Shown: in pieces, positions 13,329 to 26,548 of the stretch
Position numbering within the stretch: position 1 is the stretch's first letter
Layout: every line of letters begins with the position of its first letter
DNA from: Octopus bimaculoides
Taxonomy: Eukaryota
DNA length: 64,000 nucleotides
Direction: 5' to 3'
NCBI RefSeq assembly: GCF_001194135.2
Contig: NC_068982.1
Coordinates: 101,560,747-101,624,746 of the forward strand
Notes under the pieces: model-generated
The model's database searches: none
The model's input: only the letters and a program-made list of their open reading frames with translations
What the model was told of the DNA's origin: nothing
Program-made: the position numbers and the translations under genes

Positions 13329-13692
13329 CTGTTTGCAACACACACACATTAATTAAAGAACTAAAAAAAAAAAAAATGGAGTCACGCAATCACATTCATT
13401 AGCTTACAGCTGTTTCTGATTGGAGAAGTTCTGCACTTCCTCAAAGCCAATTAGTATTCTGGTCTGTGATCGACTAACGCTTTGCGCTAAGTAAGTTTTT
13501 TTCTGATATCTCGTTATTCGTATCGCTATACCTGAGCGAAATCGTAATACATACATACATACATACATACATACATACATACATACTTGCATATATACTT
13601 GCATATATACATACATACTTGCATATATTCACCTCATACCGCTAAGCATTTCGTCCAGCGAGCTAACGATTCTGCCAGCTCACCGCCTTCTC

Positions 13693-13739
<47 letters not shown>

Positions 13740-13744
13740 CAACA

Positions 13745-14635
13745 AGTGTACTCAGAGAGCACAAACCTCCGACAAGGCAACACCAAAATCCTCTCAACGA
13801 TTAGCCGGAAGTGATTTTTAAAATGAGAATATCTGAAGTAAACTCGACTCCTCTCACAAACGAGAATACTAAAAATGAATCCGACCTCTCTCAGACATTA
13901 AGTAAAAAGACCGGAAAAATAAATAATGCAAAATCCTTTCCGGTATCTGATCGATCCCAATGGTAGTCATGGAATGTCAAGGTGCATGTCGGTCCGTGTT
14001 TGTAATGCTGTGTGTGTGTCGTCTGCAGTGGGAACAGGAATAGTTTTCTCTATGAAGGTCTCTTTTTAGTCTATCCACTGATATAGTGTCTTTACGACCA
14101 TTTAGGTCTATAGTGAAAAATTAACCGTTCGCGAATGAAAACGGAAAGGACCTGCTGTTAAGGGAGGTTTAACAACATCGTTGCGCACAAAAACGTGAGT
14201 CCAAGAAGTGAAGCTTCCTTCAACGAAGAGCTAGGGATGCAATCGTCAAGTAGGTAAGAGGTTTTAAACAGGAACGATATATTGAAAAATGGTAAAACTA
14301 AAAATCGTCGAGGATAAGTTACATTTATTATTGTTACTAAATATGTTAGTGTTATTTAATTTCAGAGCGGTTTTGCTGTTTATGTAGTTTGATTTCTTTA
14401 TCCATCAGTTTCTGCTAAGATAGAAACGCGAGTAAAATTAATAACAGAGCAACGAAAATAAAAATTTGGAAACAGCAACACCGCCATAACTTACGTGGAA
14501 ACCACAAGCGTGCTTTCAAGGTAGGTAATCAGAGAAAGACTTAAAAGTGAAAGTATGCTCGTAAAGTTAAGTAAATATAACAAATATCCAGAATCCTTGT
14601 TCAGTACCGGATCGATCCGCTAAAGCAGAGGTAAC
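13745..14635 (+). mobile_element. Two pieces (13745-13960 and 14585-14635) of a non-autonomous element, possibly Helentron/DINE-like
   Basis: Shared motif AATCCTT..CCGGTA.C.GATCGATCC; termini ACCTCCG and CAGAGGT are near-complementary; inserted next to (AAT)n. Confidence 0.35.
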
Positions 14636-15446
14636 AATAATAACAATAATGATAATGATAAAAAAAATGATAATGATGATAATAATAATAATGATGATAA
14701 TGGTCGGGGATGGTACATGACGATACCATGTGGTGTTATATAAAAAAAAGCGTGTAAATAGTAAAATAGTAGAAAGAAAGAAACGAAGATTCAAACAAGA
14801 AATAATTCCTCTAAAGACTAAGGCCTGAGGACTTCTAGTGGATACCCCACAAAACCACAGACCCATTAACCACTAGGACAAGCGCCCACTCCCTATTCTC
14901 TTTCCTCAGATTACACCTGCATACTCACAGTATTCCTTGTCATTCTCCTCCATCTCCTAAAAGATTGTGCTGTAAATTTGCACCTCTCCACCTTCAGTTT
15001 ACTTTTTTACAAAAGCCACAAGATAAAGGATGTTTGCCTGTCCCCACAGCTTAAAAGAAAGTGGGGATGAAGGATCTTCACAATGGACTCAGCTGAGGAT
15101 CGAATCCGTCTTACAAGCCAGAGTAGGTGTCCAACATTAAGCCACAGGTCACTAATGCTGTGACACAGGAGGAGTGCGAGCAGAACAGTTTTGTTGCTCT
15201 GCACGCGTCTTGGTCAGGCCCAGCAGTTGATATATGCGTGCCCCTAGACTTTAAACCGAACCGACTACGCAGTCCCCTTTCCCCAGTAGCAGTGCCAGGC
15301 TAGGTTCTTCAGCAAAGTACACCTGGCCGCGGTCCGAAAGACTCTCTGAACAGTACTAATCAAATACTGGGTATAATGTTTGCAGCTCATCCCTTCCCTC
15401 AAATTACTGGCCTTTTGCCCAAATCAGAAGCCATTATCCTTCACAG

Positions 15447-15449
15447 TCC

Positions 15450-15480
<31 letters not shown>

Positions 15481-15675
15481 CTTCTTCTTCTTCTCCTCGA
15501 CCTCCCTTCTTCCCCTCCTTCCACTCTTCGTATTTTCTCCTCCTCCTTCTCCCTCTCCTATTCCTCGTCCTCCTCCTCGAACTCCCTTCCTCCTTTCCTT
15601 CCCCTTCATCGTATCTCCTCCTCCTCCTCCTCCTCCTCCTCCTTATTCTTCTTCTTCCTCTTCTTCTTCTTCTTC
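15447..15675. repeat. (CTT)n/(CCT)n polypyrimidine microsatellite
   Basis: Read directly. Confidence 0.95.
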
Positions 15676-17887
15676 NNNNNNNNNNNNNNNNNNNNNNNNN
15701 NNNNNNNNNNNNNNNNNNNNNNNNNNNNNNNNNNNNNNNNNNNNNNNNNNNNNNNNNNNNNNNNNNNNNNNNNNNNNNNNNNNNNNNNNNNNNNNNNNNN
15801 NNNNNNNNNNNNNNNNNNNNNNNNNNNNNNNNNNNNNNNNNNNNNNNNNNNNNNNNNNNNNNNNNNNNNNNNNNNNNNNNNNNNNNNNNNNNNNNNNNNN
15901 NNNNNNNNNNNCCACTATCCCCCTCGCCTCCTCCAAACTCACCCTCCCCCACCCCCATATTCGTCTCTTGTCCTCTTCCTCCTTCTTCTTAATACGTGAG
16001 ACTTCAACACTCGTTGATAAATTATTGAAATCTCATACCCTGGTTAGTGAATATCCGAGGACTGCTCACATCCATTCAGGTGTTCTCATATTTTATTTTT
16101 TCTTACCTGCACTTCATCTCCTATTGTCTGTTAAGTTTTATATTCAATGATAAGATGAAAGACAAGTACCAACTCAACTGAGCTTGGATGGAATTGCAGA
16201 GCAGAGAAGCCGCTCTTGAGGTAAATAACAAATAAATAAACTGATACATCAAAATTATATATATATGAATTGTTTAACAAACATGACACAATAGAATTTT
16301 TTCAAGTTGTACGCAGAAGAGTATGGAATGTACCGGGTAATCTAAACTTTCATTGTTTATGTACAAATCTGATATTAATATCTATATAAAGTTTACGAGC
16401 AAAAACATCCGAAACAAAAAGAAATTGCTTGTCGCAACGTGATATATACTCTCGGAGACTGTCTGGGAGATGTGTGATTCAATTAACATTGAGTAACTTT
16501 GACTTTTTTCTTTTCATACTTCCTAAACAGTGAGAAGCAACAGAATGTGTATATAACACTTTGAATAATTTATCAACCAATATACTAGTGCTGTCAAAGT
16601 AACGGCTACTTCAATTAGATACTCTACCTTTATAATTATATTTATATAATTTTTGACATTTTCGTGATTTTTCTTTGGTTTCGTGATTAATCTGTGACTG
16701 TAAGATTTAATCAACTACTTTTTCTCTTATTATCTTTGTGAGAAGATGTATAGAAATGGCGGTCAAGTCATAAGCATGAGATATGGTATTTTTATTTGAA
16801 TGAAAACAGAAAGACATCAAATGAAATTTGAAACTTCTTTGCCAAATATGTTACTCATGTCAAATAAAACCAAATGTCTGAACTGCTGATACGAAGACTC
16901 GAGTCGCTGGAACATCCTCAAAATTCGTTGATGATATATATGCACACATACATACATACTTACAAGAATATATACATATATATATATATANNNNNNNNNN
17001 NNNNNNNNNNNNNNNNNNNNNNNNNNNNNNNNNNNNNNNNNNNNNNNNNNNNNNNNNNNNNNNNNNNNNNNNNNNNNNNNNNNNNNNNNNNNNNNNNNNN
17101 NNNNNNNNNNNNNNNNNNNNNNNNNNNNNNNNNNNNNNNNNNNNNNNNNNNNNNNNNNNNNNNNNNNNNNNNNNNNNNNNNNNNNNNNNNNNNNNNNNNN
17201 NNNNNNNNNNNNNNNNNNNNNNNNNNNNNNNNNNNNNNNNNNNNNNNNNNNNNNNNNNNNNNNNNNNNNNNNNNNNNNNNNNNNNNNNNNNNNNNNNNNN
17301 NNNNNNNNNNNNNNNNNNNNNNNNNNNNNNNNNNNNNNNNNNNNNNNNNNNNNNNNNNNNNNNNNNNNNNNNNNNNNNNNNNNNNNNNNNNNNNNNNNNN
17401 NNNNNNNNNNNNNNNNNNNNNNNNNNNNNNNNNNNNNNNNNNNNNNNNNNNNNNNNNNNNNNNNNNNNNNNNNNNNNNNNNNNNNNNNNNNNNNNNNNNN
17501 NNNNNNNNNNNNNNNNNNNNNNNNNNNNNNNNNNNNNNNNNNNNNNNNNNNNNNNNNNNNNNNNNNNNNNNNNNNNNNNNNNNNNNNNNNNNNNNNNNNN
17601 NNNNNNNNNNNNNNNNNNNNNNNNNNNNNNNNNNNNNNNNNNNNNNNNNNNNNNNNNNNNNNNNNNNNNNNNNNNNNNNNNNNNNNNNNNNNNNNNNNNN
17701 NNNNNNNNNNNNNNNNNNACACACACACACACTCAGACACACACATCCAGACACACACATTCAGACACACACACTCAGACACACTCACACACACACACTC
17801 ACACACACACACACTCAGACACACACACACGCACCCACACTCACACACACACACACACACACACACACATTATACATATCGGAATGA

Positions 17888-18120
17888 ATCAAATGTCCTT
17901 CGCCAGCCATAAGGCTCATAAGTCTGGTTTCCTGGATTCTATGGAATTTACATTTCCCCACTGGACTAGACGCCGTTCCGTCAGAGGATTACTCATTATT
18001 TACCGGTTGAGTGGACTGTAACAATGTGAAAAGAAGGTACCTTTGCCCATGAACACAACGCACAGCCGCATCTCAGGAAGTGAAACCGTGATCTTACGAT
18101 CATGATAGTAACACTCCCTC
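17888..18120 (-). mobile_element. Old SINE related to family C
   Basis: Minus strand GGTTTCACTTCC B-box-like, GCGTTGTGTTCATGGGCAAAGGTAC and CAGTCCACTCAACCGGTAAATAATGAGT. Confidence 0.65.
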
Positions 18121-18156
18121 CCAAACGTTAAGCTACGTGTCTCCACTTCATATGAT

Positions 18157-18318
18157 AGAGGCGTGGCTGCGTGGTAAGAAGCTTACTTTCCAACTACATG
18201 GTTCTGGGTTCAGTCCCATTGCGTGGCACCTTGGGCACGTGTCTTCTACTATACTCGCAGGCAGACCAAAGCCTTGTGAATGGAATTGTTAGACGTTTAC
18301 TGAAAAGAAGCCCGTCGT
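18157..18318 (+). mobile_element. SINE family B, 5' half
   Basis: GGCGTGGCTGCGTGGTAAGAAGCTT...GGGTTCAGTCCC...GAAAAGAAGCCCGTCG, as in 51012. Confidence 0.85.
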
Positions 18319-18360
18319 AACTCTCCGATGAACGGGAACGTGAAACTCTGAGTAACAGTT
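18319..18360 (+). ncRNA. Minimal type-I hammerhead ribozyme motif (Penelope-type), U4C variant
   Basis: Stem I AACTCT/ACAGTT (5 of 6 pairs), core CCGATGA, stem II ACG-GGAA-CGT, GAAA, stem III ACTC-T-GAGT, cleavage triplet GTA. Confidence 0.75.
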
Positions 18361-19139
18361 TTCGTGATATTTCTGCTGCTTTTCAATAAAGTATATACAC
18401 ACATATATATATATATATANNNNNNNNNNNNNNNNNNNNNNNNNNNNNNNNNNNNNNNNNNNNNNNNNNNNNNNNNNNNNNNNNNNNNNNNNNNNNNNNN
18501 NNNNNNNNNNNNNNNNNNNNNNNNNNNNNNNNNNNNNNNNNNNNNNNNNNNNNNNNNNNNNNNNNNNNNNNNNNNNNNNNNNNNNNNNNNNNNNNNNNNN
18601 NNNNNNNNNNNNNNNNNNNNNNNNNNNNNNNNNNNNNNNNNNNNNNNNNNNNNNNNNNNNNNNNNNNNNNNNNNNNNNNNNNNNNNNNNNNNNNNNNNNN
18701 NNNNNNNNNNNNNNNNNNNNNNNNNNNNNNNNNNNNNNNNNNNNNNNNNNNNNNNNNNNNNNNNNNNNNNNNNNNNNNNNNNNNNNNNNNNNNNNNNNNN
18801 NNNNNNNNNNNNNNNNNNNNNNNNNNNNNNNNNNNNNNNNNNNNNNNNNNNNNNNNNNNNNNNNNNNNNNNNNNNNNNNNNNNNNNNNNNNNNNNNNNNN
18901 NNNNNNNNNNNNNNNNNNNNNNNNNNNNNNNNNNNNNNNNNNNNNNNNNNNNNNNNNNNNNNNNNNNNNNNNNNNNNNNNNNNNNNNNNNNNNNNNNNNN
19001 NNNNNNNNNNNNNNNNNNNNNNNNNNNNNNNNNNNGTATAAAAATTTATGTATAAAAATTTATGTATAAATAAGTATGAATATTATAAATTCTAAAATAT
19101 AAAATATAAAGAAACCAACATATATATGATTGTGTGTGT

Positions 19140-19362
19140 GTGTTTGTGTGGATGGATGGATCTATGTGTTTGTCCCTCCGTCACTGTTTTCTAGCCGGTG
19201 CTGGTGTGTTTATGTCCCCATAAACTAGCGGTTGTGCAAAAGAGACCGATAAAATAGATACTAGACTTAAGAAATTAGTTCTGGGGTCGATTTGTTCGGT
19301 TAAATTCTTTCAAGATGGTGTTCCAGCATGGTCGCAGTAAAATGACTGAAACAAGAAATAAA
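19140..19362 (+). mobile_element. SINE family B, 3' half
   Basis: GGTGTGTTTATGTCCCCATAAACTAGCGGTTG...CAGCATGGTCGCAGTAAAATGACTGAAACAAG. Confidence 0.8.
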
Positions 19363-19394
19363 GGAATTATAGAATGTGTGTGTGGGTGTGTGTG

Positions 19395-19433
<39 letters not shown>

Positions 19434-20290
19434 AAGCATGAATGCATGCATGTATGTATATGTGCGCGCGTGCGCATGTGTTTGTGTTTGCGTGTGTGTG
19501 ATACTTGATACCTCACTATATTCATAACACATCCACAACAAAAATATTGCCCATGAATTGAAAGCCAATGTTTTAATGTCAAACCATCGCTCATATTCAC
19601 TAGACTATAATTCCACCCAAAAGACGTTTGTGAAATACATTATTGCTCAAAGTTATGCACATTATAGGCTTTCATTATGAGCTTTGCGTTATACTTGAGA
19701 TATAAACCCAAAATTCCATTACTTAAGTGGCGTTCACAGTACACCATGTTAGAAAGCACAACCAAAATATATGTTTACATAAAATCGTGCTAATAAGCTA
19801 TTTATGTTATGCATCATAAAGCATTTTTGACGTATGTAATAGTAATTATAGCCAAATAAAGTGGTGAGTCCCTTAAAACAAGATATAAGTTCCCGCTATA
19901 GAGAAGCTTTTTCGGTTTCTGTAAGAGATTTCACGTCAAACTCGCTCATGCTTCGAGAAAGCCATGAATGTCAAAAATCCTATATTGTTTTCCTTTAAAA
20001 CAAAGGACCAGCGATACTAGACTAGAAGAAAGAAAAGATTGTTGTCTTGTAAACAAATTCAGCAAATATAGTACTTTATTTATCGATGGTTTCTCTTAAT
20101 TTTTTTTCTAATTTTGACACAAGGCCAGCAATTTCAAGGGGTGGAGGATGTCAATTACATTGTTCCCCAGTGATAAAGGGGGATAGAAGTATATTGCATT
20201 GACTCATTATGTACGACAGGTACTTTCAAATCCAGGAGAAAGAAATGAATTATAAAAAATAACGACGGAAGTAATGAGGATAATTCTTCA

Positions 20291-20591
20291 TCGCCCTTTG
20301 AAAGCCTAGTCAGGCTCATGGGCCCGGTTTCCCGCCTTTTATGGCGTATGTGTTCCCTCCAGCTGGACGGGACGTCAGTCCATCGCAGCGTTACTCAAGA
20401 AACAGGAAGAAAAAATGAGAGAAAGTTGGGGCGAAAGAGTACAACAGGGGTGCCCCCCACCAACTGCCGGAACCTCGTGAAACTTTAGGTGTTTTCGCTC
20501 AATAAACACTCACAACGTCTGGTCTGGGAATCGAAACCGCGATCCTCCGACCGCAAGTGCACTGCCCTAACCACTGGGCTATTGCACCTCC
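20291..20591 (-). mobile_element. tRNA-derived SINE, family D head with a V-domain-like 3' half
   Basis: Same head and 5' body as 6843-7204, then GCTGCGATGGACTGACGTCCCGTCCAGCTGG at 20359-20390, resembling the V-SINE central motif. Confidence 0.8.
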
Positions 20592-20600
20592 ACAATGAAG

Positions 20601-20601
<1 letters not shown>

Positions 20602-20686
<85 letters not shown>

Positions 20687-20903
20687 CCTTTCTGCTATAG
20701 GTACGAAGGCCTGAAATTTAAGGGGAAGGGGGTTATTCAATTACATCAACACCAATGCTAAACTGGTACTTATTTTATCGACTCTGAAAACATGAATGGC
20801 AAAGTCGATCTCGGCAGCATTTGAACTCAGAACGTAAAAATCCGGGTGAAACAACGCTGAGCATCTTGTCCAGCAGGGTAATGATTCTGCCAGCTCGTCA
20901 CTC
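20602..20903 (-). mobile_element. SINE family A with an (ATT)n 3' tail (20602-20686)
   Basis: The body matches family A; the (AAT)n tract abuts its 3' end. Confidence 0.8.
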
Positions 20904-21658
20904 TAATAGTATTTATTTATAAATTATCACCAGTTTCATGGATTCATATTAATGCAGAAAATGAGTTATCAGTTCCATTGAAGTAGTTTTACGAGAAATC
21001 ATAGTATCAACAACAAAGACATTTACCAAGGAAACAGTCTGTAAGCACACGGACATGCTCCAAGCAGTAGTAACTAAATCTCTCTCGAATCACAACCTAT
21101 CAAATAAGATGGGCTAGTCACGTCTGGAATAACTATTATCATAGTTCTGTAACAATTACACATCACCAACGACAAGAACAGCAAAAACAACAGCAACAAC
21201 AAACGAATCAACTACATGAAACTTCTTTAAAACACGCTCAAAGGACTCTACATGCCCTGAGTCTATATCGAAATTAACTTAACAACAACAATAGTTCATT
21301 TACTTTCACTTCAACAGATGACCAACATCATTAACATTCTCAGCAAAATAAACTGTACAGACATCAGTTGTATAATAACCTAACTTATACATGTATTCCA
21401 GAAATAGTTGCTACTGCTAAAACAATTAAATACTCTCTTTTACCATATGGGAGCAGATAAGAAAATTACGTAACACTGTTTCTTTTCTTTGCATTGACTG
21501 AATTTTGGATTGAAGTGATGTCAAAATGGCCTAGACGTTGAAATTTAAGAAATTAAATAATGAGAGAGAATTCATAAGGAGGTATTCGTAGAATTAATCA
21601 GAGAAAATTGGAAATTTGTGGAGATTAAATATTTATATAATATTCTATCAAATGAAAA

Positions 21659-21875
21659 GGCAGCGAGCTGGCAGAATTGTTAGCACCCGGGCAAAATGCT
21701 TACCAGCATTTCGTACGTCTTCACGTTCTGGTTTCAATTTCTGCAGAGGTTGACTTTCCCTTTCATCTTTTTCGGGTCGATTGAATAAGCACCAATCAAG
21801 TACTGGGGTCGATGTAATCGACTTACTCTTTCTTCCCGAACTTGCTGGCCTTGTGTCCAAACTTGAAATCAATAT
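21659..21875 (+). mobile_element. SINE family A, full length
   Basis: GGCAGCGAGCTGGCAGAATTGTTAGCAC...GCTGGCCTTGTGTCCAAACTTGAAATCAATA. Confidence 0.85.
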
Positions 21876-22011
21876 TCTGTCAAATATTTTACTCTAAATA
21901 TAATATCTTTTTCTTGAGCCATACGACCCATAAACAGCCAGTAAACTGCTTTCCATGACATATAACTGAACGAGTCACAACATTTCCTCTGAACCGGTCG
22001 TCGGCTCATTG

Positions 22012-22203
22012 TAAGGCTCAAGACTTGTAATTTTTAAGGGAGTGGATAAGTCAAATTACATCGACGCCAGTATTTGACTGGTACTTTATTTTATCGATCC
22101 AGATGAGATGAAAGGCAAAGTTGACCAGTGGGGCTTTGAATCCTGAACGTAGAGCGCCTGAAGAAATGCCAACACGCTAACCATTCTGTCTGCTCGTCGC
22201 CTC
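22012..22203 (-). mobile_element. SINE family A, convergent with the 21659 copy
   Basis: Reverse-complement match to family A. Confidence 0.8.
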
Positions 22204-22853
22204 TAACTATAATTACTGGGACATAATTTCACTTATAATTTCACGAAGTGACGGGAATCTGAACAAGGGGTGATGGACTCATGAACGTGATGCTCTACAT
22301 ATCCTGTTTTTTCAAAGGTATTGTATTGTGTCCATAGCCAAACTCAACATAAACTGTTGGAGAGGACATGAATAAAACTCAGGCGTTGCCTTTCGTCTTC
22401 TGATGAAAACACTACACTAAACGATTCTATTTGGAGAATTCCAGCATTTGAAGGCTTTTATGCAAATCCGCGATAATATTATATTAGTCCAGGATACCTA
22501 AGGTAATAGGTATATACAAAAATCTATAGGCTGTATATTAGAGCCGTAAGTTTCTCATTAGTTCTTCATAGATGTTCACCTCTTTCCCAAGTTTTGAGGA
22601 AACATTGATTAGTGACGGGCTACTGTTCTCGTAAATAGAGCATGACATTTTTCTTCCTGTCTCAGATAACAATACCTCACCTATAATGTTTACTCTGGGC
22701 TCCTGTTCTTATTGGAATGCACTCCCAGCTTTCATAGATCTTGTATATTTGTATGAATGTATGTATTTGCAACTTATGGAAATCATGGCGTTTGCGAATT
22801 TGCACATTTTGATCTCCTGTACATGTTACAGGCTAATTCTCTGGAATGAATGT

Positions 22854-23541
22854 TACGAAGGGGTTCTTCGCGGAAGGCCTCGTTGGAGGCCCAACCTTCC
22901 GAGTTGCTTTACACGGCTCACAAAAACTGAAGGACTGCTGCAATAAGTGTGTGAATCTGAAAGGGGAACATGTTGAATAAAATCATAATTAACTGGTCCC
23001 CCTGTATTTTCTTTTACTCAAAGCCAGGAAATTTCAGCACCCCCTCATACATACATACATACATACATACATACATACTTATGAGGGAGTGTTGAAAAGA
23101 TCCTGACTTTAAGGGTATCTTGAAAGGTCTGGCTGGAGATCCAACCTTCTGAGCTCTTTTACAGGGCTTAGAAAAACTGAAGGACTGCAGCAATAAGTGT
23201 GTGAATCTGAAAGGGAAATATGTTGAAGAAAATCATAATTAACTGGTCCTCCTGTATTTTCTTTTACTCAAAGCCAGGAATTTTCAGCACCCCTTCATAC
23301 ATACATACATACATATATATATGTGGGAGTGCTGAAAAGATCCTGGCTTTAATGGTGTCTTGAAAGATCTGGCTGAAGATCCAGCCTTCCGAGCTCTTTT
23401 ACAGGGCTTAGAAAAACTGAAGGACTGCTGCAATAAGTGTGTGAATCTGAAACGGGAATATGTTCAATAAAATCATAGTTAATTGATCCTCCTGTGTTTT
23501 CTTTTACCCGAAGCCAGGAACTTTTCAGCACCCATCTCGTA
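22854..23541. mobile_element. Three tandem mariner-type MITEs (22854-23049, 23080-23299, 23320-23541)
   Basis: TA-flanked TIRs of the form TACGAGGGGGTGCTGAAAAG / CTTTTCAGCACCC...TA with (TACA)n spacers; same family as 44659-44881 in the opposite orientation. Confidence 0.9.
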
Positions 23542-25472
23542 TAATTTAATTAATCCTTTAACTCTTCCCTTAATAGCTTCATTGTAAGCTTCTAAATAGT
23601 TGCGTCCTCTCTTGGTTTGTGAAGCTCAGCTTCTGAAATCGGTTAGATATATAACCAAATACATGAATAACCACTAGTATTAATCTAAATATACACTTCA
23701 GAAGCAGTACCAGCAGATTTTCCCTCAGATCGCTATAAATGTCTTCTTTTTCTTTAATGTTTAATGTTCTCTTAACGTGCACATTATGACTGTGCATATT
23801 GTCTTTTCTGTCTCAGCTCATTACATCGCGAATGCTGTGTTTGCACTTTACAGAGATGTCGACAAAAGCAGTTATCCAGTTTTCTTTTATTTTATTGTGT
23901 ATATACCCTGCAGATTATTCTATATTCTTGCATTTTGATTTTTAGGAGGTCTTCCTTTTTATGAATTGCATTGTTTAGTCCTTTGACTATTACAGCATAT
24001 CTTATCGGTAAATATTGTCGAGATTAGATTTTCCAGCAGCTTCTTTGATGTGGGTGATATCTCCCTTATAACTGAGTGAGTTAGTTGCATAACCAAATGC
24101 TCCAATATTCTCATATATGTTTGTGCGTATGTGTGTATATGTATGAATGAATATCCCATCTCTGTTGTTTAGATATAATTTATCTACAAATTCCTAGAAG
24201 CATATGCAGTGAACTATTCATAGTCCTGTTACACAAATATGCGCACCCGCTCTAGCGCGTACGCACATATACGTACACACATACACTTTCAGCTAAAACG
24301 TCCATCAAAGCTATTGTTCACGAATGCATGTAATAAATAAAATATGTGGATAACACTACATATTTATTCTTTGTCTCTGTTAACCATCTGACGCTGCATT
24401 TCAAAAAGACAAGGATGAAAACGTCAACAACATTAGAACTGACTTCCAGAACACAAAACCGCAAATAGATAAAGCAAAGTTGTGCGGCAGTGACAAGCTT
24501 CACTTATAGCACATTATACATACGAGCTTCTGAATATTTTTCAGTTTTTCTTTTGTCTGACAAAATTTTGCTCTCCAAATTGACCGATGTCTGGTGGGGA
24601 CAGTTGTAACAGAAGTGACAACGTAGGGAAAAACAACATACCTGTGGCTAGCAATTGTCAGTTACCTCGAACAGCATATCTTTAAAAGGTTATGCTTTTA
24701 GGTAGATCTAGCTGCTAATACTAGCAAGTTGATCAACCATCTATATTCTCTCTCATTAGACCGTGGGGTAATGTTTGTGGCCTGTTGTGGTTAAAATATT
24801 TTCCTACAAGACGTTTGATACATATTTCTAGATGTGATCCAGAGATTACTTCTGTATATTACAGTTCCACCGTCCCACATTATACTAATGCGGTATACAT
24901 TTTTCTCTTTTAGAGTGTAGGCATTATTTCGGAGCTAAAGCATTGTTTAGAAATCCAACCTTTATGACGCAGACTTCGTTATATTACAAATATGTGGTGA
25001 ACTTGAAAGGGCATCAGACGCTGTGAGGCGTCGCGTTTTTGTAGAGAATTTTATGGTTTTATATGCGTATTATGAATAATTCTTATTTAATAACACGTAT
25101 CATGGATGAAGAGAGCGAAAAAGTAAGAGTCAGAATAGAATCAAAGAGTGTGGAGAAACATGGCAATGGACCAGCTTCGAGGAAGAAGAGCAGATGATGT
25201 ATTATGGTGGATCGTAGTGGAGAAGGTTATAGCTTCCGATCTTCAAGAACGAGGCTGAGGTTGAATATTAAGATAAAGATTATTGTGCTAACTTGTGACG
25301 GAAGGAGGATAATTTTCTCGAGTAATTTTTAAATGAACACAGTAACATAATTCTAAGGGAAATAAATAAATAAGAGATATAACATTCAATATTTTCCCAT
25401 AACTTTGACGTTAACCCACTGTGGTGGAAACAAAACTGAGATGAACATATTTCAACCAGAGAGAGAGTGGGG

Positions 25473-25560
<88 letters not shown>

Positions 25561-26489
25561 GAGGCAGATAGAGATCAGGGGCGAAAGTTTAGATTTTATA
25601 ACTCCAAGGAAAATTGATCTATAAACCGTAAAGCTGAAATTAAACATAAAGAAGAGAAATTAAAATAGCTGTCATTTTTGATGGTCCGGGTATAAAGAGA
25701 AAAGCAGAAGTGAATAATCAGTAGTGTGTATTTAATAAATAACAAATATGACTCGACAAAGATGCAATAGATTTCAATGATATTTCCGAGTAATTAATTT
25801 CCAAAAAGTTAGATAAATAAGCAATTTTTACATAAGGTGAAATTTAATTTTAAAGGACATCATTGATCTTGAGTAAATCATAGTTTTTCTCTTCTACAAT
25901 CCTGTACATTGATTGTTTTAAAAATATAACCGTTGCATCTTACGACAAAATGGTGTCTTTCGATGTTGCTTTTGCTTTCAAGAAAAATGAAAAGCGATGT
26001 AAACAAAACTCTGTTGTGAAGTTTTGTTCTTCGATGCATCCACTGAAAGGATAGAATAATTTAGTGGAGCGAAAAATTAAAGTTATATAAATCGTTATCT
26101 TTACTTTCTCTTTTATTTATTTTTTATTTTCTTAACCCTCATTTATAACTTACACTTAAAATCGAATGAATTTGACTATCAAGTGCCTCAAAATTACATT
26201 TTGGAGAAAACTTCATTCTCGAAAACTATTCATAAAGAAAATAAAGAATTTCTTGTGGCAATTTATCTGGCTAGAATGTATTAAATTGCACGTGAGATGT
26301 CTCGGTTTTTCACAGCATAAGAAAAATGATTTCCTTTTATACTTTTCTTTCCTAGAAAATAAATAAAAAGTAAAAAAGGAAAAGAGTATACTTGCTGAGT
26401 TTCTTTTATAAAACTGTCGAAGTTAACTGATCACATTTAAATTTAAATTTAATAGCTTTTGTATAAGTCTCTGTCAAATCGTACTCACA

Positions 26490-26548
<59 letters not shown>

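Noticed and set aside
15075-15150. tRNA gene on the minus strand
   Set aside because: A- and B-box-like motifs are present but there is no consistent cloverleaf; at most an old SINE head.
15280-15360. Minus-strand CTGAAGA...GAAA as a hammerhead
   Set aside because: There is no NUH or stem III closure and no stem I pairing.
3178-22501. Plus-strand acceptor-donor pairs (3178-3277, about 16150-16221, 22318-22501) as coding exons
   Set aside because: Those with defined ends have stops in all frames, and 16150-16221 has no clear acceptor. A lncRNA cannot be excluded but nothing supports it.
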